Shown: piece by piece, positions 12,847 through 26,200 of the stretch
Layout: each line of letters begins with the position of its first letter
Numbering within the stretch: position 1 is the stretch's first letter
DNA from: Kudoa neothunni
Taxonomy: Eukaryota; Animalia; Cnidaria
Direction: 5' to 3'
NCBI GenBank assembly: GCA_964304625.1
Contig: OZ199838.1
Coordinates: forward strand, 2,355,329-2,419,328
DNA length: 64,000 nt
Made by a program: the position numbers and the translations under genes
The notes under the pieces: generated by a model
The model's input: the letters and a program-made list of their open reading frames with translations, nothing else
Told to the model about the DNA's origin: nothing
Databases searched by the model: none

Positions 12847-14451
12847 TTAATTTCTTGAAGATAAAGCGAGGTCCGTGTGGACCCAAATTTTTTAAGTAGA
12901 CAAAATGACCATCAAACCTCAAAATCTGTGTTTAATGGGTATTTTCCGTTAAAAATTCTTATTCTTTTCTTATTATTATTGTATATACGTATACTCGAGT
13001 ATAGGCCGCACTTTTTCCCAAAAGAACTTCAAAATCTACATGTAACTTATACATGTGATGCAAGCTAAAATATAAGGATAACTGAGAGTAAAGTATATAG
13101 TTCATTTGTGATAAGTTAATTTTCTAATTTCGATGCAATGTTCGCGAGAAATGGATTAAATTGACTAAATGGATGTTGGTAGGATTGACAAAAAAGACAA
13201 CTTCAGGGAATTTTGAAAGGCATGCATTATTTATCGTAGCTGGATGAATGAACAACTCATGGGAATAAATAAGTTCAGAAATTATTCAAAGATCATTCAA
13301 AAAATGAGGCATATCAAATTCAATGGATGGGAGCAAAGATGATATACTTTGGGGGGATGAAAAAATAGGAAGTAACGATAAAGAGGTTGATGGGATTTAC
13401 GACGACACCATAGGTGCTGAGAAAAGAATATGTTTACTGAGGGTGGCGACTCTTCTTCCGATTTAATCGACAAAAACCATTAACATTTGGGGCTTATTTT
13501 TGAGAATCACTAACAGTATATGAACTTAAAAGAAATATTTTCTCGTTTTATTATGTGAATTTTATTTTTTTCAATGGCTTAAACTAAAAAATCTATAAAC
13601 TGAAAACTTTTCTTTTTAGGGTGCTACTAATATACGAACCAACCAAAATAATGAGAAATTATTCCCCAAACCTCCTGCGACTCATACACGCGTGCGACCT
13701 ATACTTGAGTATACACGGTATGGATCACCCAATAGAATTGTGTTATTAAAGTTACTTTTTATCTAATTAAAAATATCCAAATTTGTAGTATTTTACTAGG
13801 TCTTATAATCGGGAAAACACGGTGATACAATTCTGATTTTACTGATGCCTTAATATTAATAAACTCTAATAAATTTCATTTTTTCAAATAAGAATTTATT
13901 TAAAATATGGTTTTCGTTGTATGTCCTGAAAATTTCCCTTAAAAATGTTTATTTACTCGAAGACTCGTACAAAATAATAAAATAAACATATAACGAGAAA
14001 AATTAATTGTAATGCTATGAATAAATAATGAATATAATTGATAATTGTGCATTCAAAAGCGGTTTAAGCCGACATTCTGGAAGCATAATCAACAGATTAA
14101 CAATTTTTATCACAGTTCAATTTATTTTGGGGTTGTTTGAAGAAAAAGAATTTTATTAGATTATTATCACTCGTGTTTTGGCTTGTTTTTGATTACGCGA
14201 AAGAAACAAGATTCGGCATTTTTTAAAACCAATCCTCTGCTTGCGCAGATTAATAGTAGTTAATTCAATACAATTGGAAAAGCTTTTTTTATAAAATTGA
14301 ATACACTGAGTTATAAAGTTCGAAACTTAATTTACCTAAAAACAAAGCTTCTGTGAAAATTATTAAAAAAATTATCAAAAAGTTCAAAGGTCCAGCCGGA
14401 CCCACTTCGACTCTAGTATAAAATTATGGATATCCGTCCTTCGAGAGTTAA
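12847..14451. mobile_element. Degenerate piggyBac-like non-autonomous element interrupted by a pogo element
   Basis: TTAA-TTTCTTGAAG at left and CTTCGAGAG-TTAA at right. Subterminal GGTCC-n5-GGACC palindromes at ~12870-12884 and ~14389-14403. Related CCT(T/C)CGAGGG-TTA ends occur at 4330-4343 and 60252-60264. Confidence 0.5.
12983..13720 (+). mobile_element. Internally deleted pogo/Tigger (Tc1-mariner) element
   Basis: TIRs GTATACTCGAGTATAGGCCGCAC and GTGCGACCTATACTTGAGTATACACGG-TA. An internal relic reads KTTSGNFER...NSWE*ISSEIIQRSFKK*GISNSMDGSKDDILW, the pogo transposase C-terminal SFKKCGIS..DGSEDD motif. Confidence 0.85.
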
Positions 14452-16074
14452 AAGAAACGTGGTATTTGTACATGGCTAAGAATTTGACATAGGAAATTTT
14501 AAGCTTATATGGCACGTACGCCTGCGCAGTTGTTATTTTTAATCTCAACAACTCTTACTCATAAGCTATATACAAATTTAATTGTTTACAATATGTCATA
14601 TTTAATTATTTTTGGTCCGCAGCTTCACTCTCAAGGATCATAAATGAATAAATATAATCAAAACTACTGACACCTGATTATTATTTACCGTATCAATAGC
14701 CACTTCCGTCATTTAATATACAATGACTTAATCTAATGTACTTTCTAGGAAATGGCTGTTGAAATGGTCAAAAATAGTTAAATACAACAGATTCTAAAAA
14801 ATAAACTTTATAGATCAACTATAAATAAGAGTTACCGGGATTAAAAATTTCAGTTTCAATTGCCAGTGCCTTCTTTTTAGTATGAATTTAATATTTAGCT
14901 AAAATTCTATTTAAAATATTAAGTGTATCTTGCTAACAACAATTTATCAATAATATTTCAGCCGCAAATATACATATACATATATATACATATATATTAC
15001 GATTATGGGTAACCCCCTAATCTTAATACACCAGTTAATAAACAATTAAATAAAAACGGATTAATCCCTCACCACAGATCGTTTGATCTGAGTAAATGAA
15101 GCCAGAGATTTAATAAATATTCAAATAAATCGATATCGCGTATTTGGTTCATTTCAATTAGTCGAGGATTAGAATAAAATCCCGATGTTTATATAAGAGA
15201 TTAGAAAAATGACCCCAGAGAGATGTGTTAGCACGCTATTGTTATGATCTATATTTGGAGTTTGCTTTCGTAAAAAATAAACGTCGATTTATTGGGGCCA
15301 CTTTTTTTCTCTTTTATAAAAGTACATGAAAAATCACGGCTGAAGCATTAAAAATGAAGTCTAGAAAATCATTCTCAAATACAACAATAGAAAAATAAAC
15401 GGCGTTGATTTTCTTCGAGTGCAATTAATGTATTCAAAATAGTGATTTTACTATAAATTAACAAACGCTTCACTCGAGAACAAATCGGGATCAACCTTAT
15501 ATTAAGAATTATTGAATAGTGTTATCGTCAATCTTTAAGCTTAAAACAATTCAACTAACCAATTTTATTAAAATAATAATAGAATTAACTAACATACCGA
15601 CTCTAAATAGTAAACGAAAAAAATTATCATTGAACCAACATCTGTCTTGGTGGGTGAAATTTTCCAATAATTTTTATTCTTTCGGCACAAATTATTAGGT
15701 TTTTATTGAAAACCGATTAACAGATTGTGGATGTAAAGACTGTAATAATATATAACCACCACATAAAAAAGTGCTTATAATATGGAAATGACCCATTTCC
15801 AAATCGAATCGTTGTTAAAAAGTAAATTATTAATTATCTATCGATAGCTAGCTGCATTTTTTTGGTTTACTAAAAGGCTGCCGACAATAAATAATTATCC
15901 AAGGGGATCCATAACGAAAGGTTTTAGGTGTTACCATAGAGTTGCGCTGACAACTTGAGGAAGGTACAAATAGGTCGGGAGCCGTTTAATTTACAAACAT
16001 CCATCTGTAGATCTTTAAAAACTCCATCAATCAATTAATGCAATTGTGAAATAATTAAATTTGAGGAAGTTTAA

Positions 16075-16995
16075 ATGAATAGCCGCACTAGCAGCCAACC
16101 AACATCCTCCGACTCAGAAAGACTCCTCACATTTCCAGTGTAATTTTAGAGTAATGATATTTCTACTTTTAATATTATATATTTAGGGATATTAGTGTGA
16201 AAAATTTTTCTATTGAATATTTGGACAGTTTACACGATTGTAACACTGCGATTTTTCCTGTGAAATATTCTCAAAAAGTAACCAAAACTTGGTTTCGTTT
16301 ATTCGAGAGATTTTTGCGACATTTTTTAGTTCTATCGTGATATCGCTGATAGTATTGTTGGTTGCAAAATAGGCATATCTTATATTTATTGGATTCATTA
16401 GTCTGATTTAATTTTATTAATGTTAGTTCTAAAAAACAACACTGTTATTGCGAATGTTTCCTATCGAGTTGATCCTGTCTCCAATTCGTTGTACATTATG
16501 ACGTTTGGTTGTTTGCCGGAACATCGTCGTGTCGGTATTGGTTCATTATTGATGCAATGCGTCGAAGATGAATTATGTCTATGGAAAAATCTTCAAAGTG
16601 TTTCTCTGTAAGTTGGCTGTTCTCAATTCATCGTATTCATCAATTCTCCATTTAGACATGTACAATGTAGCAATCGCATAGCACTCAAGTTCTACACCAA
16701 ATTCGGATTCTTTATCAAACGAATTATAAAAAATTACTATTCTACTATTGAACCACCCGATGCTTTTTATCTTCTTAAATATAATCCTGATTTCGATATA
16801 TATTCTGCGTTAACTATGACAAACGAAACCAAAACTCTTTCTTTTATAACCAAATCCTTTGTTGAGTATACAGATCGGTTTCCCCAATCCCTTGAAGATA
16901 GTTCACTATATAGTGACACTATAGATAATCTCGACAATAAGATATTGAAATTGTATTCATCATCATCGTCATCTTCGTCCCAAACTGTGAGATAA
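16075..16995 (+). CDS. NAA50: N-alpha-acetyltransferase 50 (NatE/San), 5 exons
   Basis: Spliced motifs NTAIFPVKYSQK|FYRD, LYIMTFGCLPEHRRVGIGSLLM, SL|HVQCSNRIALKFYTKFGF..IIKNYYSTIEPPDA match Naa50. Intron 3 (16373-16426) is GC-AG. The 3' end could extend if the GT at 16987 is used as a donor. Confidence 0.9.
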
Positions 16996-17470
16996 ACTAA
17001 AACCAATCATGATACTTCTGGGCTGAGAACCTGGAGTGTGTTTCTATGTAATGCTCGTATAGTTATGTAATTTATTAGTTTACCGACGCATTTTTTAAAT
17101 TTATTTTTGTTTGTTGACTTGGTATATTTGAATTTTCTCATCTTCTATTCATCTAAAAATGTTTATATAATGTGACATAAAAATTATGATAGTTTTTTTT
17201 ATAAAATTGCATAATTATTAATCTGATTTGGCGAGGAGGTAAGCTCCTTAATCAGTCGACATTGTCAGTTTCCATAATATGGATACTGGATGGATGCGTG
17301 AATTCTACTGAATAAATTTAAATAGTATTTATAAGTATTCGCGTAAAAATTAATAATTTTTTGTAAAAATATAACATTTTTGAATGGATCTGCTTACAAG
17401 TGTAAGTTAATATTATGTCTTTCGACTAAAATTTTTTATAAAGTCTATTCCATAAAGAAATAATATAAAT

Positions 17471-17652
17471 ACAGTCGTCCCTGGATGTTGCGTAATATGT
17501 TGACATTAATACCTAATTAATTGATTTGATCCATCAAATCACAAAAACCAAAACAAATTATATTTGTGATTAAATATAATACAGAAAAATTTGTAATAAT
17601 TTCATTTTATATAGCAAAACCTTGATATTACGCATACTCGCTATATTGCGCA
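17471..17652. mobile_element. Short Tigger/pogo-like terminal remnant
   Basis: TA-CAGTCGTCCCTGG end at ~17470 followed by repeated ATATT(A/G)CGC units at ~17625-17651. Confidence 0.3.
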
Positions 17653-18748
17653 GTAGGGTATCCTCTCATTTATTGTTGGCTGTGGTTATTTCACAGATAC
17701 CTGGTAATCCCCTCGCGGAATATGCTGTTTCACAGGCAATTGATATCTCTAAAACTAGACAGTCAAATTTACTGAAAATTTATATATTAACATGACCAAT
17801 AAAGAGCAATTGATTCACAAATTTATAAACTGATACACATATGTTATATAGATGACATTAAAATAATGCACGTGACTGAATGTGAACAGATAACAATCAA
17901 AGTATTCGTTCACAAATGTATTAGACAGTTTTTAAATATATAACGACAATTTTTCATGATTATTTGGATGTTACTCATTAATTAGTGCTACAGAGTGATG
18001 AACCAGGAAGTGCTATAAAGATTTAGGAAACGACATCATATTTTAGCTTGTACTAATACAATCTAAAATATGATGTAAATATTAAAAGCACAATAACTAA
18101 ATCAACCAATCTACTTTTCGTTGTTGTTGTTGTTATTATTATTAAATACGAATAGATGTATTTTTGGTGATACTAATGGGCACACAAAAAATGGATAATG
18201 AAATAAAAGAACATTCAAAAATGGTTGTTCTTTTAAACTTGCACTGAGAGTTTCCGAGGACGGATTGTCTATTTACTACTTGCGTATTTCTATTTTGGAT
18301 TTAACCAACCTCATATCACCATAAGTATACAATGTATACATCTATCGACGAGTTTGTAAGAAATGATATTTATCAAAGTTATTTCAATATACGAAATTAC
18401 AATAAATTCTATCCGTTTGTTTTGGAGATATTAATATCCTGTGAAATAGCCATTGCCTTTATTTATTTTATTGTACACTCTGGACGTTACGCAATACTAT
18501 AGCAAGTTATGTAGGTTTTATTTTATTTAATTACTTAAAACCTAAATTTTGCGTAACTAACCGAGAATTGTTGGAAATATTGAAACTCTAATAATTTACC
18601 GGTTAAATTATTAGTTTCTCTGACCAGCGTATTACTTAATCGTATTAAATAAAGTTATTTATGTTTACATTTGCTTTATCGTCTTAAACTCTCCTTATTT
18701 TTGAGAGTCAAACAGAATCCACATGATTCCTATTGTTAAATTTTTCTA

Positions 18749-19889
18749 TTAACCCTCAAGTAAAATTTGAGGTCATTTTGACCCCACGATTTTTTTTCAT
18801 CCGATTATCCAAAATCTTGGTTTAAATGTTTCGGGAAACTTTGAAAAAAATTCTATCGAGTAAATATATTTTTATCGCATGAATATCATATCTTAATCTA
18901 TATTGCGCTTGCGCCAAAATTATTTTAAGAGATATGTTCAAATAATCTTAGTTTAATAGTAATCACTCCGACACCGAGTCTTCAGATTCATTTTCATCGT
19001 TTCACGATTATTTGTCGTTAGAAAAATTTGATATTGATACAGATATACAACTTAACTCGTATATACATAAGAACGGAACGTTACGGTCGATGAATCCGAC
19101 GTTGGCACCTAGAACATGTGTTGCGAATATTATGAATAGTCGTCCTGGTGTCTCTCCGTTTTCATTACAAAATACAATTTATACTTTCAGAATAATATTT
19201 AGTTTTGTTATGTAAGTCATTATTTTAAAATATACCAATACATGGGTGGAAAAATTTTTGGTAATAGATTGATCGAATTGGATGGGTTCATTAGTTGTTT
19301 ATTGCTGATGGGATATCACAGGGATAATTGAGAATCGGTTAAAAAGATATTTGGGTTAGAAAAAGGAAAAATATATCATGATTTATTCTTATTAAATAAA
19401 TTTCTCCAAATAATGCGAGTTGTACATTTTAATGGTATGGAAAATGTTGAGGTAACAAAATAATCCGAAAACTGTTTCCGTGTTGGTGAACTATAGCATA
19501 TTTAGGTGGGTTTCTCATGCGTCGTTTCCGCACTAATCAAAGTTTCAAGCGTATCTGTGTTACCTATTTTATGCAATAGTCTATGCCAGGATTATGATGT
19601 TTTTGATCATTTTAAGCGAAAATTAATTAAATAATTAATTTTACTAAATGAGCTGAATTTTTAGTTACGTTTGTAGAAAATATGCGATCTCAAAAGTAAT
19701 ACATACGCATACGCCGTGGCTAAAATGTTCGTTTATCAATCGCACATGCGCACACGGTATTATATGATGTCATTCATGAAATTATTGAATATATAATCGA
19801 TCGATTATTTTACCAAATAAAAAAGTGGTTTCTTTTTGGCCCCAATCATACTTGGTGGATGTAAATTTTCATGTGATTTATAAGGTTAA
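18749..19889 (+). mobile_element. Decayed piggyBac element with transposase relic
   Basis: TTAA-CCCT end at 18749 and a GGTCATTTTGACC subterminal palindrome. The relic reads YIHKNGTL..RTCVANIMNSRPG, IILKYTN, LDGFISCLLLMG, KFLQIMRVVHF (piggyBac N-terminal DDE region). Possible right end AAGG-TTAA at 19882-19889. Confidence 0.8.
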
Positions 19890-21493
19890 ACAAGTGAAAT
19901 GTATTTAAGTTTGTTAATCTTTTACGGACCACCCTAGGCTTCACAAGCCCATCTAAACATCAAATCCCGCGTTGCGTTTGTTAAAATTAGCATCTAAGAC
20001 CTAAATTTTACGTATATTTATCAAAGTTATCTTCCTTTGTTTGATTAAACTTTTTAAAATTATTGTATTTAATTTTAATACCTTTTTTTTATTAATTTAT
20101 ATCCGTTGTTACGAACCTGATGTATTGTTAAATTGGCAATATGAATCCTTGTTGTATCAGCTCGATTTAGCGTTTATTTGTTTGAAGTGAATTGTCAACG
20201 GACTAACAAAATATAACGTCTGATGAATCTAACGATTCCTTAAAAAATATATAAATGCGTTACATGAAAGTTCAGCATATGAATTGAGTAATGAACATAT
20301 TTTTTCTTAAATTCACAATCATATGATTGATATTGTTTAATCCCCAGACTCCAGGATGCCATTGCGGTCCAAATCGTGAGCGCCATAAGGTGATCCACAA
20401 AGGATTAGAGATAACATTTTTTAATACAATCACCTTTTAGTTTGTGTTTTTGTAATCAAGTTTATATCCATATGTTTAAAAATAAATGAAACAATAATGG
20501 CAATAATAAAAGATTAATATTTATAAAAAACATTTTTACAAGGTTTAAATTTTAACTATATATAATATAAATGTTGAAAAAAATCATAATGAAGTTTATT
20601 TTATTCTTAATGATTATAATATCAGATTCTCTTATTAATAAATAAATAACGTGCTTCATCGAAATAAAATAAATGTTTGCCAAAATGTTAACATTTTAAA
20701 CAGCATTTTCTGACGAATCTAGTTTTTAGGTTTGTTCGAAATCAAATTTCATTTTATAAATATTGATATATTAGAACTTTATCATGAACTAAATTAAAAT
20801 ATAGTTGAGCTCCAAACACATGTTTCCACATTAATCATGAATAAGCACGAAATCTCTGTTGACAATGTCTTGTGTCCGAGTTTAGCAAAACGTTAGCAAG
20901 GGAAAACACGTTGACACAAAAATACAATGATGATCAAAAATGGATTACTCAACTAATTACTAGGTTTGTGTACAGGGCTGGGAAGAGATTATGTACATAA
21001 CACAATGGAAAAATTTAATTTAAATGCTGAAACTTTTTTAATCTATAATATATTATTCTATGAATATATTGAAAATGATGATTTATCTTTAAATTAAAAA
21101 ATTCTTAAATGAAACAATGTCGGAGAATTACAAAATGACATTTACTTAGATTAACATTATGATGAAGCATACAAAATTGAACAGGACAATCAGAAGAGAA
21201 AATATCATTTAATGGTTTTGAAACTTTCCTCTGTTAATAAATTTTTCGTGTATGATGAATAAAATTTAGGTGTGGATAATATTGGGGTAAAATTTCAACC
21301 GCCAATTCGATACACGCATAGAAACCTTCAAATTTTTTTTAGAAAGTATAACCAAGTGGTCTATTTAAATGGCATAAAATTCAAAATTAAATTTCCATGT
21401 AACCCTTAACAAACCATTTTTAGCCAATGCATTAGTTATTTTAATAAAATTCCACAAAGTTTTAATTTACACATGCTCATTAACTGGATACGG

Positions 21494-21688
21494 CAGGGGT
21501 TCCTAATTAAAACTGGAATCGCATCCCCATTTGATGATAAAACAAAATTCGCAGCCCTTTGCATACGATAAGGTGTAACTGACTCAAAATTTACCAAAAA
21601 TTATTTTCAATTTTGATCGGATCTCGCACTACCTGAGACCAAAGTTCGCATCCCCTAAGGTGCGGGCACCTCCAGTTGGGAACCCCTG
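21494..21688. mobile_element. 195-bp hAT MITE
   Basis: TIRs CAGGGGTTCCTAATT and AGTTGGGAACCCCTG. 8-bp TSD GGATACGG (21486-21493) and GGATACAG (21689-21696). Internal repeated TCGCA(T/G)CCC. Confidence 0.9.
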
Positions 21689-23213
21689 GGATACAGCTTA
21701 CTCTCTCTCTCTTTATTGCGCATTAGTCTGAATTACCGCATTCGATGCGCAATATTCATAAACGATGGAATATAATTTTTTTCAAGCAATAAAATTTGAA
21801 ACGTTTCCATTATATGCATACGCGTGGGTGATAATTAAATGTTTTTCACTTTTTAATGCATATAAATTATTCTTAGGCTTACACTATCTATAAAATAATT
21901 TCATATCCTTACATAAATTCTTTCATTAATAAGAAATTAAATTGAATTTTTATTTCAATTAAAAATAAAGTTTGTGAAATTTTAAACCATAAAAATACCT
22001 TGGAATCTTTATCTGTTTGGAGAAGCCTTACATCAGGGCTTCCCGATGGGGGATTCCCGTCTCCCAAGATGTCCTGGAGACAGCTACTGAGGATTCGAGA
22101 GTCATATCTTGAGTAAACGAAAAATTATACGGCCGAGCGTGCTTCGTACGTAGTGTACTTATTCTGCGTACTCGGAATCTCTCTCGAAAGTATAGCATAT
22201 GCGATTCGTGCGCAATCGAAGCTGAAATAATTCTGGTAAACACAATAGTCACATGATGGATTTTACAAAAAATCAGTTTACGTTTTCAATCTACTATTCT
22301 CTATTCACTGATGTATAAAACAAACATGAAAATTTATTTCTTTTGTCTAAATAAACGCTTTAAGATCTAAATTAGTCCAAAGTAAAAAATTATGAAATAT
22401 TCACTTCTCAACGTGAAAGGTAAACAAATTATAAAATGTCTCAGAATGTGTTGAATTCTTGAAAGTTCAATCATGTATTTTTTAAGTAAACTATAAGGCA
22501 AGTAAAGAATAAAATTAAATTATTGTCAAAATTAAGTTTTTCAGATTTTTTTGTTAATTAGTTAAAATTTTCATACTTCGAATTCAATCAATTTGCGTTA
22601 AAAATTATATAAACTACAACTTTACATTCCAAATTTTGAAACAGGCTTATTTTCCTCATTTGATCATTAAATTTATAATTAAAACAATTCTAACAAAGTC
22701 AACGTTTTGCGAAAGCGGGATTACTCTCAGCTGATATTTTGCGATAAAATATTAAATATCTAATTCATTTATAAATTAAGATTTATTCATATCTTTATTT
22801 AATAAAATGCCTCGTTTTGACTTAATTATTACCTAAAAAAATATGAAAAATTAGTTAAATTATTATCAGTTGTATTCTTTTTATTTAAATTCATTTTCTC
22901 GTTAACGTAGATTTTTTTTTCTGTTTTATGTAATTATAGTAGAAATATTTCGCAGTATAAAAATAAATCTATTTAGGGAAGAGGTGATGAGTTATATTTA
23001 AAAATGGTGGTAGGGGATGCAGAAACCAAAATGAATCGGGAACGAGAATCACTGCCTTACATAACTATATAATTGTGAATTATCAAATAAATGGATTGTA
23101 AAACAATCAAATAATATTTAATAAGTGTAAGAGAGAGAAAATCAAAAGAATAACAGATTAAGCATGTAGATTACATTTAGGAAAATATATAAATGCAAAT
23201 AATGTTCTATTTA

Positions 23214-26200
23214 CTAGCCGGTGGAAGTTAACAAATGGAATTCATATTGCTGATCCAGCCCAAAAATAGCATCACACATCAGGTACAACTGGAAAGTGTG
23301 TTTGTCGGCGGTCGTTTCATCCCACACACCGAGATTTAAAGTGGTCTGGATTTTTTTAGTGAATGATGATATTCTCTTCATCACATAAAGTTTATTCTTG
23401 GCTGCTTCACCAACACACAGGAACCAGCATATATCTTTTGGTTTGGAAAAGCGATCATTTCGGATGAAATTTTCATTCGAATTCTACCAAACGAAACGAT
23501 ATAAAGATGTGTTAATAAAAGAAAAGTTATCACCTGAATGCTGGAATGCAGCTTGACTTCAACAAAATAGTTAATGCCTTTTTGCACAATAAAGGTTTTA
23601 GATCCATGTTTACTGTTGTCACTTTTTTCACAGTAAATCTTCTCGCTTGAGTCCTTTTCACGTTTAAAACATAGATTGAATTGCAAATCAATTCTTGGCA
23701 ACCCTCGAATACAGTCAAATATCTATGATTAATATTATACACGATTTAATTAACATAACAAATATTTAATAATAGAAATGGTTATTTTTTGTTATAATAT
23801 AATTTTCGATTTCATTAAAAAGTAAAACTCTACTTATTAATAGAGTGTGTATGGGATGGGAGTAGCCATGAAAAACTCGGAGCATTATAGAGATATCTAA
23901 TGTATATACTTTGTTTATGGTACCACATTCCAAATCACCAAAATTCATGATGTTTCGTTTAACCGAGGAAAGTACAGAAGAATTTGAATCCATTTCAACC
24001 AATTCACACAACTCATAAGATTTAGATAAATTACGTCGTCGATTTGGGACATTAAAATGAGTTAAAATTTTTCTGCTAGGAAGCGGTAACGAAAGCAAAC
24101 TGCTGTCATGCCACCAACAACCGTTTACCACACATTGCATAAGAATGATAGATTGAAGGGTGACTGACAAAAATGATCCAAAGCTTGAGATATCAATAAT
24201 TGCCTACATGTAAAAAAAGTTGGACTAACACTTTTTTATACAAAATAACTACCTGAATAATACGAATAGATTGGTCTAATAACGATCTTGTGTCGGTTTC
24301 GTAGTCAGATATAGGCAGTTTGATTCGAGCAAAATGAGCTTGAAATAACAGATGTGCTTTCACATGAGAGTCTCCATAGTTAATTTTGTTGGTTTTGGTA
24401 CTGTCATCTTTATTCTCGATTGGATCACTACAACTTAAAGGCAGGTGTTTCGACAATTCGGCATCGATATTGTCTTCGTTATGTCGAACCGGAAACTCAT
24501 CAAACTCACACGAAGATGCTACCAACCAAAGTAACTTCTCTACGCGAGTGTTAGTCGTGAGTGCGTCTCGAATCAGCCGAACCGTTTTGTGCGAAATGTA
24601 ATAGAATGATGCCGCACGCCCGTAAGACGTTGGGGTGTAAATAAATTGCTCTCCTTGGTCATATAATTTACCCTCACTCTTATGGATACAATAGGATTTT
24701 TCCAATGTTTCAAAACAGTCACTCAACACCACATCCAAATGTTTGATAATATCTTTCATATCACCTCCATCAATACCATAATAGGTGGGATTTTTTGATA
24801 ACCGTTGGGATAAATACGTTCGATTAAGGTAGACGAATGCGTCGTTTTTGTGACGTATCACTCCTGAAACTATTTCAGCATTAATATGATCTGGAAGTGT
24901 GTCCAATAGATGCGATTCGATTGGAAATGGTTCGTAGAGAAATCGTTTGTAGAAATGTTTCTTAGTATCTTGTACCAAAATTACAGCAACTCCATGGGTA
25001 TCGAATTGAGGTCTACCCGCTCTTCCCATCATTTGTAGAACATCAGTGATGGGAAAATCAACGTACTGTTTAGTTTTGGCAAAGTAATATTCGGTTCCCT
25101 TTATAACCACTAGATGGGCTGGAAAATTTACACCCCATGCTACAGTGCTGGTAGCGATTAGAATTTGAATTTTTTGGTTCAGGAATAATTCCTCAACAAC
25201 TTTTCTATCATTCTGATCCAATCCAGCATGATGAATGCCCACACCGAAAGGCAGAAATAATTTGAGATTTTCATCCACTAACGTACTAGACAAGTTAATA
25301 ATATCTTGTTCAGGCAATTTTAACCATTGTTTCGAGTTGTCATCCAACGAAACTAAACTAATTAGAGCCATAGCGGTGCGCTTGGTTTGACGTCTTGATG
25401 AGGCGAATATCAACACCGGTTTTGTAGGAGAATGAGTTTTGATTGCTTCAAACACTGATTTGTTCATAGAATTCATACGAGGATTGTACTTGTCACCAGG
25501 AAAGCCTGAAATGTGAACTTCCAAAGGTATTGGTCTAACTGAAGGCCGGAAATTGAAAAGACCTGCCTCTTTGACCCCCAACCAGCGTGCCAAATCCAAA
25601 GAATTGGCGGTGGAAGTTGAAAGAGCAACTAATCGAACACCATTGTTCACTTTATTATCACAGCTGTTTGCAATAGCAGTGCTATTTGAATTACAGTCGG
25701 GCAAGGATGATTGTGCTCCATTTTCAATTGAATTTATTCTAGCCACAATAGCTTCAAGAACAGCTCCTCTTGATTCACCCAACAGATGTATTTCATCGAA
25801 TACAACAAGTTTGACCGATTTGACATATTCACGAGTTTTCCATGATCGACTTAGCCCGTCCCATTTCTCTGGAGTTGTAACTATAATATCGGCAGTAGAT
25901 ATTTCATGTTTGTCGTTAGCTGCCTCTCCAGTCAACTCAACCACTTTCTTATACAGAATGTCGCCGTATCTTTTTTTCCAATCAGTGTATCGTTCACGAA
26001 CCAACGATTTCATCGGGCCAATATAAACCACTTTGGCATTAGGATGAAGATCGAAAAGTCGCAACATGGCGAATTCCGCTACTATAGTTTTACCACTACC
26101 GGTTGGAGCACCAATTAGCACATTGTTATTGGTGTGATAAAGGGTGTGAAAAACTTGACTCTGAAGTGGATTGAAATAGGAAAACTTAAAGACGTGATGA

